Below, piece by piece: positions 39,660-52,899 of a stretch of DNA of 64,000 bases. Location: assembly GCA_951406725.2 (NCBI GenBank), contig OX597823.1, positions 25,668,001-25,732,000 of the forward strand, in the 5' to 3' direction. The notes below the pieces were generated by a model. The model searched no databases. It saw only the letters and a program-made list of their open reading frames with translations, and was not told the DNA's origin. A program made the translations under genes and the position numbers. Every line of letters begins with the position of its first letter. Within the stretch, counting starts at the first letter, position 1. This DNA is from Octopus vulgaris. Its lineage: Eukaryota.

Positions 39660-42600
39660 CTACCTGGTTCCATTCACGCACAGCATCCTTTCTACAGACT
39701 TCCATCTTCTTGCGTACATAGTGTGTGACATGTATCTCTTCTCCAGCCTGATCTTGCTCTTGAGGTGGTAGTTAAAAAAGTTAACCAACCCTTGGCCGGG
39801 GATGAAGGCATCTGTCGCTATCCCTCTTGCACGCGTCTTCCATACTGTCTCTTTTAGTATGGCTACCATGCAGAAAAAGAAGGCCTGCCTCTCCCTGTTA
39901 AGGGAGAGTAGGTAGCACAATCTTAATGATAGACTCAGCTGATAGCTGTACTCTTCCCATTTTCGATAACAGTTGTTCAGCAAAGTTTATCAGTTCCGTT
40001 AATTGCGTACACTGTACGAAGACGTGCGGGACAGTGACATGTCGGTGGGTCGGCACGACCGTGCCTCGATAACCTCTCTCGAACAGGTAAAACTGATCGA
40101 TAGCACAACCAACCCAGGGATTTCTGATAATTATCCAGATACTCTAGTCCAAAGATTCTCCTAAACAGGATGGTCACCTGATTTCAATCGACGCCCAGAG
40201 TCTCCCCTAGAACATCGTCTGATATAAACACTACCAGCTTGCTATAGAAATCCGCTGTGGAGCTCCTGCTGCCGGTATTGGCCACCCGAGAGAGCAGCCT
40301 GAGTGCCTGTCGACTGCCATTTGCCCTGCCTAGGTCTACGCTTGATCCATGAACCAATATCCTGTAGGGATGTCAATTGAGGGAAGAAAAACCGCACGTG
40401 CGGTGATCACACCTGCTCACCATCCAGGTAGAGCCAGAGGTGCTTAAGCCTTAGCGCGAACTTGCGCATTCTCAACTACGACATCCCTAGCCCACCCTTT
40501 AACGGTTTTGGCAGCAGACAGAGCGTCTTACAAGTGGTCCTCTTCTCTTCCACTAAAAGTGGAATAGAAGTCGTTCCAGCTTCTTCAGTCACAAATCGGG
40601 ACAAGGCACAACAGTCAAGCGGTAAGTGATAACAGAAGCTATAAGCATCTGTGCCATCTCCACCTTTCCTTGCAGAGATAACGCCATAACAGACCAGGTC
40701 CAGGTTAAGGCAGTTACCCTGCCTGTAACCTCGCTCCAATTCTTCTCTATCTGGAGTTCTGGACCGAACCAGAACTCTAGCATCTTAATCGAAACTTCCG
40801 TCTAACGTCCCATGACGTTATTGGGCAGCATCGACTTGCTCCTCCAGATGCTGAGTTGCAAGCCGGCTGACTTGTCCTGATTAATTACTACTCCTGCCAC
40901 CGCTTCGTATCCTTTGATGGCGTTTTCTACACTAGGTAGCAAACCTTGATCGGACACGATGATGGTGATGTCATCCGCGAACGGTAGCTGCTCCTCCGCC
41001 CCATAGATCATGCGAAACGCCCCCTCAGCCTCCATCCTTCGCAGAGATGTCTCAAGAGCCAGCATATACAAAAGTGGAGACAAGTGACATTCCTGGCGAA
41101 CTGGGCGCTCAATATTGAACGGTTTCGAGAAGAAACCGTTCACCCGGTCGACAGACTCGATGTTGCTGTACAAAGCAGCGATCCAGCCACGGAAAGTCGG
41201 GCCCTGCCCGGCCGCCCCGATATCCGCTGCCAGGTACCGATGGTCGACCCTATCAAATGCTTTAGACTGGTCTAAATGTACGAGTGCCAGAAAGTTTACC
41301 TACCCTCTCTAAGGAGTAGCATATGAGTTGAAGATTGTTGTGTATCGACCTGCCTGGGATTGCTCAAGTCTGACCTTCCCCAACAAGGCCTTCCACGATC
41401 TGCGTCAACCCCTTTGCTAGCATCGTGGCCAAAATCTTTAACTCTGAGTTTAGCAGAGTTATGGGCCTAAAGTTACTTACGATATCCTCCTTGCTCGGAT
41501 CCTTTCTGATCAGAGTCACTACCCCACGAATTGCAGCTTTGGGAATGCTGGCCAAATGTGTCCGAATAAGTCTGGTATGCTTTTATAAAACTCAGTGCAG
41601 ACCATCAAGTCCCGGCGATTTGTCCCTGGTGTACCCGGAGAGCACCTCGACAACCTCCGCAGCCGTGATCGGTCCTTCACAGCTCTCAGCTTCTCATGCC
41701 AAGAGACGCTGCCCCTCAGCTAGGAAGTCCCGAAGGGCCTCACCATGGTCCAGCGCACCGCCCCTCCAGAACAACTTAGCAAAGTGCTTGTAAAAAACCT
41801 CACACATCTCATCTTGTTCTTTGATCGAACGCCTTTGATCCTCAATCAAAGATCTAATCGTTGCATCATTGCCATATTGGGTTTCTACCGAGCGTGCCCA
41901 CCCGGTAACATTAATTCTTTCGCGGTTCACTGTACGAACTGCATTCCTCATGTTTGTCTCTGACGTAATGTCTAGGGCCATTCACGCTGCCAGAATTGGG
42001 GAAGCAGAGCTCAATCTCAACGCCTCTTCTAAGGTCTTAACTAAGTTGCCCCGTACTCTATCCCTATCTAAACTTAGCTGCTGGATAAATTTGATAGACT
42101 CAAATCGAATGGCTTTTTTGAGGGCAGACCACCACCTGTTATTCAACACGGCGCCGGTTAATGTTTTCATCACTAACTCCTTAATTCGAACAAAATAGAC
42201 TTATTTAGCGTCCAGTAGCCGGATCACCGTCTATGTGCTTTATCTATGTTCATCCTACACTTCACTAATTTGGGATCCGCGTAGGAGAACTGAACAAATT
42301 GTGGACATCTAAAACTAGCCTTATCTCTAGTTCGTACCACTATCCTATCTATATAAAACCTGAGCACGCCATCCAGGTCCGCACAGGGATGCTCGGGTGA
42401 TCAAGTCTATAACGATCCGCCAGCTGAAACACTCCTACCTGACGAGCCACCATTATCCAGACGTGCATCCAGAATAGCGTTGTAGTCTCTTAACACAACT
42501 AATGTCTTAAACATCACGAGAAAACCCTCGAGGCGCCGATAGAAATCAGTCTGTTTACTTTTTTACACCAGGTGCATATATTCCGACCAACCTGAAAGCT

Positions 42601-44995
42601 TTATTGCTGTATGTCAAGTCAAGGATGACCCGCCCACCTTCAGGATCTACAAAGATTGTACTTGTCTTCAGAGCCAAGCCTTTTCGGAGAAGAAACACTA
42701 TGCCTCCTCGACCTCTGTTCTGGCTAGGGGACATGATTTTCTCACAGCCATTGAAGAGAGTTGATAAGACTTGTAGCCTGCCCAGCTTGGTCTCTGTAGC
42801 AACCATCACATCCATATCCTGTGATCTGAGGTCGTCGAGAAAACAAGATTGTTTCTACTTCGAGCTCAGGCCACGCACATTCAAGCAATCAAGTTTAAGT
42901 GAAGCCATTGAAAACGACAAAAAGGTTCTTATCTTTTTGTCGAGAAGGTAAGGGTCGACCTTGGTCTTTCTGAGGACCCCTCTCTCGTTGGTTTTTCTCT
43001 TTTTGTGGAGTCTTTAGTTGTTTTGGCACCTCTATTATCCGTCAGATGTTGACTGGATGCCTTTCTTTTAGTTGTCTAAATAAAGTCTCGGATGTTTTAG
43101 CTAATCTCATGGATAAGTCCTTATGTTCAGAGTACATCTTTGTTGTGTGGTGTAATGAGATTATGGTATATATGCATTGATTTTTAGGGTTGTATTTCAC
43201 CGTTATTTTTTGTCTTTTTCATTAGTTTTGGGCGTTGGGGAGCAGGGTTTTTCATTTCTGTATGTAGTGGAAGTGGTTGGGGCGGGAGTGAGTTTGGTAG
43301 CGAGAACACATCTTTTTGCTCTTTTTCGGTTTCTCACTTCGAGTCCTCCCTCCTGGTCGACTACCTCCATGTCGACAAGAAGGAGAATTTAGCCTCTGGG
43401 CAATGATATAGGTGTAGGCGTTGGTATGGGTGTCGGTATATGTGCGTGTGTAGGTGTAGGATTGATTACTGGTGCATGTGTGGATGCAAGTATGGGTGCA
43501 GGCGAGGCTGTGTTTTGGAGTACTTGTGTAGAAATGGGAGTGGGTAATTCTTCTTTTTATCCTATTTTCTTCCTCTTTTTGTAGTGCTGGTTTCCGAGGG
43601 AAGTTCCTCAGTGGCAGAAGAGACACATTTGGCCCTTATATGACCTTTCTGGCCGCATTTAAACCATCGAGGTTTTCTTCTCTCGACCTGCATCTGTAGG
43701 GCATCTTTACCCATGAGCATTCTCTCTGGCATTTCCTCTACGTCACTTGGGGCTGCCGCCTGTATTAACACCTCTACGCACTGCCCCAGCCAGATTTGGG
43801 GGTCGGAGCGTTTGATTTGTAAAATATTCATTTTCTCTTCCTGGTTATAACAAAGGACAGCTATTACCTAGGCGACATCACTTTCTGGTGGCACTTCTGT
43901 AATTTTAATCCAGGATGTCCTTCGTCCTAGATAGGTAGGCACCTCTTCTGTTGTTAACGTTAGCACAGAGTGCTCGCGGGCTTTCTCTATGCTGTGGAAC
44001 CTTACCTTTATAGAGGCGTATTTTTCCTCGGGCCACGTAGGAGATATCTCTCCAAATGGGTCCGAGACATTTTTCTATTTTCTCCCGTGGCATATTTTCT
44101 ATTTTGCGGTTTTTTACGCCGTAACTTTTATATATAATGTTTTTTCTCATTGTTTGGTTATATCGTCGGTGGGAGAAATTTTAATGTCGCTCCTGCTTGC
44201 TTTTAACATGCCGAAATATGACTGTAGTGATATTTCTGTATGACTGCGCGTATGACTGTATGACTGCGTTGTATTCCTATTATTTCTGTTTTGGTTTTCA
44301 TAGCTGCCGCGAATCCGTATGTTAAATTTGATACTACCATCTCTTCATGTGGTACACCTTCGCTCTCAAAGAACGGCATTTTTCTTGATTATTTCTACCG
44401 ACATGGTAAAAAATAATCAAAACTTTTCTCTTTCAGAGAGAAAACAACAAAGTTTTTGCTTATTGTAGATAATACTCTAAAATAGTTTCAAATCCTTCCT
44501 CCGTCGGGGAAGGAACACAATTTTAAATTAAAACAGTTCACAAATGTGTAATCCAATAAATAAAATTTTCTCTAATCAGAGAGACACAATATTATGCAGT
44601 TCAAATCCTTCCCCCATCGGAGGAGGAAAACATTTTAATGAAAACAGTTCACTAATGTGTGATTCAAAAGAAAAGTTTTCTCTCGTAAGAGAAACAACAA
44701 TAAATAATTCAAATCCTTTCCCCGTCTGGGGAAGGAACACAGTTCAACAAAAATTTACCAAAACTGACCATAATTCACAATTATAGGAAATATTACAATC
44801 TTCCCCTCGTAGGGGGAAAGAACACAAGTTCGAAAACAACACCTGCCAAGCAGGCAACATTTTAACAAGGCAAACAATTCAAACAACAACACTTTAACAA
44901 TATCTTTGAAAAGGAAAACTAACAAAACATGACTTCTCTTTCAAATGAACTTGCCGCTCGTACGGCATTATTCGCGTACCTTCGCTGACTGACAC
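39660..44995 (-). mobile_element. Old, heavily decayed Tx1-clade element (ORF1 ~43000-44400; ORF2 ~39660-42910)
   Basis: Fragments homologous to the array ORF2 (VDPEGG, NFRPITLLN, FADD, WFGPELQIEKNW) and to the ORF1 knuckle (FKCGQKGHIRAKC). The ends are approximate. Confidence 0.85.
44420..44832. repeat. About four diverged ~90-110-bp monomers in the 5' UTR of the old Tx1 element
   Basis: The motif aatccttcc..cgtc..ggggaaggaacac recurs near 44487, 44600, 44708 and 44797. Confidence 0.75.
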
Positions 44996-45064
44996 TACTT
45001 ATTAAGTCTGCCCACTATTAGTCGTGGACCAGCCCACTTCTCACCTGGGGGCGTCCACCTCAAC

Positions 45065-45235
45065 AATTTGAATATGTATGGCAAAGATGAGATACAAGTG
45101 AGTTCCTTGGTGAACACGGTCCATTGTTTTAGTACGGATATTAGAATGGAATTTGGACTCAAGAAATCCGGAAAAATTTACCTGAAAAGAGGCGAGGTAC
45201 AGTCCCTAGCGGGATAGAATTACCGAAAAGAGACT
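45065..45235 (+). mobile_element. Short RT fragment related to the element at 48.2-49.9 kb
   Basis: Reads ...FSTDIRMEFGLKK..LKRGEV. Confidence 0.5.
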
Positions 45236-46409
45236 TTTAACTAATAATAATAAAAACAGCAAGAATTTGCGTGTGCAGCTGTAGATTTCCACTACGACGT
45301 TAATGGAAAATTTGTTAAGTCTTTGACATTCAGGGACGGTCATGAAGTTGGTGTGTATTGGAATTCAGAAGATGTTTTCCTTCGTCTTTGTTGCTCCATA
45401 GTTTTCTAAAATCTTCAATCTTTGGTAAATATTTTGACAATATCTGATATGTCAAAATTAAAGTCTGTAAAAGAAACAAATCACATCAACATCATCATCA
45501 GAGACATCATCTTCATGATCATAACATTGTTAAAAACACTAGCAACAGAAATGAAGGAGGAGGCCTCTATGCAATCGTTCACCTAATATAACTAATTACT
45601 AAATCTTCAAATAATAACCTAGCGCAAATATTCTGGATAAACTAATCCTGGATAGAATATGCCAGAAAACTAACTTCAGGACTCACTTTATGCCCATATT
45701 ATGCTGTACAGATCACAATGAGTTCATGTTTGTATCACCACGAACAGCACACTTTCTGTAGCCATCGTGTTATTTAATCCTCTGTATCGCGGCACAACTA
45801 TATGAACTGATATATGACGCATCAGCTTTGCCTATTTTCCTTTGTCGTATCCAGTCTTCAAAACCTAGAGATAGATCTATGTCCTGCCTCTTGGTAAATT
45901 TCTTTGAAAGAATTGTCAGATGAAGTTGCAGAACATTTTATGGCATACTACTCTTCCTTGCTTTTATTTATTTTTTCAGGGTGCTTTTCCAAGTTGAATT
46001 CATCTCTTCGGTTGGTAACATTTGTAAAGCTTGAGTTGAAACTGTCTCAAACGTCTGTGTTTACAAATGTATGCGTATGTGAAATTGTCATTTTTCTGGA
46101 TATTTTTTTTCAAGGTACAACAAATATCTGAGTTAGACTGTATGTCTTCTGTTTATCTTTTTGATATCTTCTAAACACTTCGAGGCGTATCGCACGACCA
46201 TCTCAGTGGATACGATTTTTACAAATTATATTTTCTCTGAAGTGTGAAATGCAAAGTTGCTTTCTGCAAAATGGAACTCTGATCGCAAAAATAAATGAGT
46301 AAATAAATAAATTAATATATATAAATAAATAAATTAATTAATTAATTAATTAATAATAATAATAATAATAATAATGGCTTCCTTGCTGGAGTGGGCCTCC
46401 CAAAATGTT

Positions 46410-46875
46410 AAAAGAAGATATAATATGCCTTGTTCACAAAGGAGGAAGAAGAGCAGATACTAAAAATTACAGGCCTATCCTCTCTAACTTCATATGTTAG
46501 TAAAGTCATGGAACTCATTGTCAGAAGGAGGCTTATTATGTTCCTAGAGGAACATATCTTGCTCACAAACACGCAACATGGCTTCCATTCAGGAAGGAGC
46601 TGCCTCACACAGCTACTACAGCATTTCGACTGGGTACTGAAAAAACAGCTCAGCCGTTCAAATGTGGAAATGATATATCTCAACTTTGCTAAGGCCTCCG
46701 ACAAAGATGATCATGGGATATATAACAAACTGTGTGACCTTGGTATCATGAAAAACTAGGTGATTGACTGCATAACGTTTTAGGAAGTAGAAGTCAGAGA
46801 CTTGCAGCCAATCGTGCCTTCTCTAGGAAGACATCAATTCTCAGCTGAATCCCTCAGGGAACTGTACAGGGACCA
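46410..46875 (+). mobile_element. Decayed CR1-type RT fragment
   Basis: QHGFHSGRSCLTQLL, IYLNFAKASDK, IPQGTV. Confidence 0.75.
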
Positions 46876-47189
46876 TATATATGCGCGCGCGCTCGTGTGT
46901 ATAATACATTGCGCTGTATTATTTGACAAGGAAAGAATGAAATACCAATAAAGCAACAGAGCTACTTACAGTTAATAATACAAGAAATGCTATGTGGGTA
47001 AGACTCCATCTATAGCCAAATATATCTAAAATAGGTCCAGCAACTATAAATCCAGTGAGTTGTCTGCGAAAAACAAAATCATAAAAAAGAAACATCACAA
47101 AGATATATTTTATTTGTAACAAGCATTATGAAGTTAACATTATTATCAAACAAAAATAATAGTAATAATAATTATGCTTTCTACTGACG

Positions 47190-47385
47190 CACAAGTCCTG
47201 AAATTTGGTGCGGGGGGATAAGTCGATTACATGGACCCAGTACTTGACTGATACTTATCTTATTGACCCCGAAAGAATGAAAGGTGCACTCGACCACGGC
47301 GTAATTTGGACTCAGAACGTAAGGATGGCCACAATGCCACTAAGCATTTTGCACGGGTTGCTAAACATTCTGCCAGTTCACCACC

Positions 47386-47442
<57 letters not shown>

Positions 47443-47666
47443 GTAATAGTAATCCTTTCTACTAAAAGCACAATGTCTGAAATTTTGGGGGAGGGGACTA
47501 CTCTACTACATCGTCCCCAGTATCTGACTGGTACTTAATTTATCGACCCTAAAAGGATGAAAGGCAAAGTCGACCTCGGCGGAATTTGAACTCATAACGT
47601 AAAAACAGACAAAAAACATTAAGCATTTCATCTAGCGTGCTGACGATCCTGCAAGCTCGCACTTTC

Positions 47667-47668
<2 letters not shown>
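47190..47668 (-). mobile_element. Two SINE copies (47190-47385 and 47467-47668) separated and flanked by (TAA)n
   Basis: Similar to each other and to 21860-22057. Confidence 0.65.
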
Positions 47669-47699
<31 letters not shown>

Positions 47700-48179
47700 T
47701 AATAATAATAATGATGGTGATGATGATGATAATAAAATGCGGCACACACCACCCCACCTGCACGAGAATGCAATAAATGATTCAATAGAAAGTTGCTTCA
47801 AACTATCATATATCGAAAAATAATAGTGTTGATGGCGTTGTTGACGAACATTACTTTAGATTCTGTTATCAGTACGATAGATACTAAAAATATAGGAGAC
47901 ATTAATTTACTGAACTATGCAGCAGGGGAAGTAGTCAGCAGGAGATTAGATATCTCACAGGGAAATTTTTTCAAGAGAAAATGTGGAAAAGAGATATAGC
48001 TGGATATAGATGTGGAAAAGGAGATATAGCTGGACATAAATGTGGAAAAAGAGATACAAAATAAAGTTGTTGTAACGTAAGTTTTTACGTACAATATATA
48101 AGATAAACAGACAACAGTAAAAACAATGCAACGAACATGGATAAGTGAATGTTTGAGTATATTCAGTATAGCAGACGAC

Positions 48180-49868
48180 ATAAGAGAATTAATTTGCTTT
48201 ATTATGAAGTAATGAAAAGTAGATCTCTACCCAGGTGACACACTCTTAGGGTAAGTTAATATTAAAAGAGGGATTTTCCAGGGGCACTCGCTTTCTCCTT
48301 TGATATTTGTCTTATGTTTGATCCCCTTCAGTTTAGTATTAAGGAAGGCAAAGTCAGGGTATCAATTCAGAAATAGTAAGGAAAAATTAACCATTTGCTC
48401 TACATGGATGATCTGAAGCATTTTAATAAGAATGAAAAAGATATAGGTACTTTAATATAGACTGTAAGACTCTTCAGCAAAGACAGGCATGAAATTTAGC
48501 ATAGATAAACGCGCAATATTACTAATGAGAAGGGGACAGGTAGTCAACAGCGAAGGCATCCAATTACCAGATGGCCAAACATTAACATCATTGAAAGGAG
48601 GAGAACGTTATAAGTATCTAAGCGTATTACAATCTGACCGAGTACTAGCTGTAGAAATGAAAACGAAAATTGAGAAGGAGTACATCGGAAGGGTTAGGAA
48701 GCTAATAAAGTCAAACCTAAATGGTCCGAATCTAGTGAAAGCTGTAAATACTTGGGCAGTATTATTACTTAGATATTCAGCAGTTTTTATAGATTGGACA
48801 AAAACTGAATTGGCAAAGCTAGACAGAAGAACTAGGAAGGAATTCAATATGAATGGAGGATTCCACCCAAGGGCAAGAGTAGCAAGAGGTTGATATCACT
48901 AGAAGACTGCATGGAGTTAACTAGAGTACATATAGACTCCTATGTAGGTAATAGTAAAGGAGAGTCACTAAAAACTACTAGAGTCACAGCAAGACATAGG
49001 GGAACTAAAACACTAAACGAACTTGAAAACCAGAAAACAAAACAGAACAGAAATTATCTGACTGGCAGGAGAAAGCTTTGTATGGTAGATTCCCAAAGAT
49101 AACTGCAGCAAATAGTAGTTGTGAGACATGGTTATAGTTGCAGAAAGGAAAACTGAAAAGGGAGACAGAAAGTTTGTTAGTAGATGCACGAGATCAAGCA
49201 TTAAGGTCTAATTGGATAAAAGCCTAGATAGAGAAAAAAATAGATTCTCAATGTCTGTTATTCATATCAAAACAGGAAAGCGTTATTCATATAGTAAGTA
49301 AATGTAGTATATTAGCACAGCATGAATTCAAGAAAAGACATGACAATCTAGGGAGAGTAATCCACTATGAGTTATGTAGAAAGCAAGGATTTGAACATGC
49401 TGATAAATGGTATGAACATGAACCTACTAACGTACTAGAAAGTAAGAAGTACAAGATGTTATGGGACTTTAACATTCAAACTGACAGGGTGATAAAAGGC
49501 CTGATTTAGTAGTAGTAGATAAAGAGATAGAAAGTGCCAGATAATTAACTTTACAGTCCCAAATGACGAAGAAATTAATATGAGAGATATAGAAAAAATA
49601 GCAAAGTAGCAGGACTTAGCCACTGTATTACAGAAACTGTGGAAAGTGCGGGTAAAATGTATCTCAGTAGTTATAGGTGCATTGGGAACTATCCCTAGAG
49701 TTCTGAACAGATGGATAGAGAAAATAGGCATAAAACCCAGTTTAGTACAGCTACAGGAAACAGTGTTTTAGGGACAGCAAGGGTACTTCGGAGGGTTCTT
49801 GGCATCTAAGGTTACTTCTAGCCCGATGTTACGATATTTTTCTCTTCCAACAGTATAATTTGTGGCGC

Positions 49869-49870
<2 letters not shown>
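48180..49870 (+). mobile_element. Decayed R4/Dong-like non-LTR element (RT plus C-terminal restriction-like endonuclease) ending at (TAA)n
   Basis: GIFQG.SLSP, LLYMDDLK, KRHD, WYEHEP, LWDFNIQTD, RPDLVV and VIGALGT motifs; the 3' end abuts (TAA)n at 49870-49977. Confidence 0.8.
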
Positions 49871-49962
<92 letters not shown>

Positions 49963-52704
49963 TAATAATAATAATAATGCCGTGGAGCCACTTCATGTAG
50001 TTTCAGAGTATTACATAAGAATACGCAGGAAGTTAGTGCTCATCTCGTGGAACAAAGATTCTGGCGTAAAATTTAAATCGTCACTTTATATAACCCTAAG
50101 CACAACATTCCAGAAACTTCGAATTGCAAATGGACGAAATTTTCATAATCCGTTGATGTTTGCCGCCGTTAGTCGATACATGCCAACAATGCTGATTGAC
50201 CGGTAAACGTTCACATGGGGATTCTATTCTCTCAAGGGTTTGGTTGTGCCTTTTGTGGCTATATGTGTAAACTGTAGTATTTTGGTAGAAATCCAAGCAA
50301 GGTGGTTCGAATCTGGCTAGAACATAGCATCAAGTGCATGAACAGTATAGAGAACAAAACACAAGACAGAAAATTAAAAGAAACATAAATGAGAAAGAGT
50401 GTATATCTACATTAAGTATAGTGCTGGCAAATTTTGGGAAGATAAAAGTTTTGAAAGTGTGCTGACAAATAACAACTGCTACGGATGTTTATGCTATGCT
50501 TCAACAATTCTGAATGTGAAAAAAATCTTTCCGAACATCATAGATGCTGCGCTGTTTTATATTAAATAAGGATGTCCATGGGTAATAAAGATATTCAATT
50601 CAAAAAGGTGGCCAGAGTTGTTGGAAAAGTGGTGGATAATCTTGCGTATCTTGAGTATCTGTGTCTATTGTCATTACTGGGAAAAGACATAATTAATCAG
50701 GTGTAATGCAGGCGACTAAGAGTCGGTGATCGTGTTTATAGTCTTAACTTTAACCCTTCTCAAATATAACAATATTGGTTTCAAGATATGATTTCAGACT
50801 CAGAATTCTTTAAAGACATTGAAAATCCAAATACCCATATCTTCTTTCTTCATAAATATATATTTATGTTTTTATAGAAACGTTTACGTATAATTCCGAT
50901 TGTATTACTTAAAAATATAATGACACACATATTTCAAAACTTATGTCTCCAGTTTAATCGGCCCAGAGTTATAGTAAACATTTGCTTAAGGTGTCGTGCT
51001 GTGGAAACCGAACCCGAAATCATGTGGCTTCAAACCGAATGCCCTAACCATGTAGTCATGCCACTGTGTATATCAATTATTGACATATGATATGACACTT
51101 TTGTCAGGAAAATATTAATCATATGATTAGCGGGTGTGGCATTAATGGTAAACTTATTGGGTTGTTCAGAAAAAAGCTGAAAGCGTAGACTGTGTTGTGT
51201 CTGTATCAACAGTCGCTCGTCTACTATTCTTTCTCTTTCTCCCTTCCTCTCTGTCTCTGTCTCTCTCTTTCTCCCTGACTTTCTTTAATGTCACCATCAG
51301 AACATCATCTCATTGCTAAAACTGTATTTTTAACTCTGCTCTATATCATCACTACCTTCAACTAACTTTTTTAACCACGTAATAAATATTACATTCACCC
51401 TACCTCATGACATGGATGCTTATCTCACCGTCTTTTCTCTCTCCATCTTTTTCTTTCTTTCTCTTTCTGCCTCACTCTTCACTTTATCCTCTTTTCCTCT
51501 CTTGCTCTTTTCTTTCTCCCTCTTTTTCTTTAATCACATAAAAGCGTTACTGACGGGTTAAGTAACGTAATGACAAGCAGAATTATTACAAGATGTTTTT
51601 GTATCTGCTTGTCAATCTGTAAACTAAAGTTCCATCATATGCTGTTCATATTGTCAATTTCCCAGACATGTGGTGAGGCATATCCTTATCTCATACCTAT
51701 TTCTTTATGGTGTTAGTGCTGATAACACAATCATCGACAACATCATCTAATATAAGGGACGATCAAGAACAGTGTCCAAGAGGTTTTTTGCGCAGTAAAT
51801 ATAAATATTTTAATACTTACCCAAAATATACACTCGTGTTGAAAGTGCTGCTTATTGTACTGGATTCATGTAAAGTTTGCTCCGTTTTATCGCCACTAAA
51901 AATCAAACACAAATACAATTTGTCAAAGATGTAAACTGAACTGTAATGCAATGTCTGATAAATACCTTTTAAATACAATGTTGTCTTAAAGTGACTAAAA
52001 TTAGAGCCCGCAATCGCTAGTTTTCATCTCCTTGCTGTATCCCTACAAAATTATCTGACCACCTTAACCTTATAAATCTGTAGTTTCATTTGTTCCGGCT
52101 AGTTATGTCCTAAGTTCAAATATCATGGCTTACACAGATGGCTGACCCAGGTTAACACCACAACGTGGTACCTTGAGTTTCCTTTAGCGGCTTTAGCATA
52201 GTTCACTCAGCTGCAAGCAGTAGGAACAGATTTCCACTCAGAGAATAACTTCCTCCCTCTTACAAGTCTCTCGGAGGCCCTGTAATGAGTCATGGGAAAA
52301 GCCTTCCCTCCCGACTAAAAAACATAAAAAATAGACGAACTGTATTTCTAGGAATTTCGACAGCCTATTCTAATTAACTTCATTTTTCGTCTTCCTTTGA
52401 TCCATTCTTTTGTTTCCAGAATAAAACATAGTATTCTGCAGATCATCTTACTGAACATAACTCCTCTTGATCAGGATGCCAGTCTCCAATAGGTTTTGGT
52501 TTATATGCCAAGTGAGAGATGTAGATTTTCTCGGCAGAAGGATATTGGATTATCTGCCAAGAGGTCATAGGTTAGTATTATTTGATTACTAGAGGTGTTG
52601 ACTCTTGTCAATACACTCATCTCTAATTCAGTTGGGTAAATAGCTATCACTGTTTAGTACAACATTCTCCAGTGTTGGCTGTGAAAGTACAGCAGTTTAG
52701 TTTG

Positions 52705-52899
52705 TGTATAGCCATACACAAAAATATTAACGGAGACCCAGATTTATTCAGTTAAATACGAGAGCGATAGCCGCCAGTCAACTCCTGCTTAGCAGAAAGT
52801 CCGCATAACCGGATGTCAAATTAGCCGCAGACCATCTCCCTAGCTAGCCCGCAGCGAAGTTCCTGTCTACATTCCATGTGTTAAATTCTTGGGCCTACA
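52705..52899 (-). repeat. 3' LTR of the Gypsy element
   Basis: TG...CA ends; similar to 55170-55394. Confidence 0.75.

Noticed and set aside
47980-48060. 30-bp unit repeated about three times near ORF 47793-47999
   Set aside because: Minisatellite with stops in frame and no recognisable protein.
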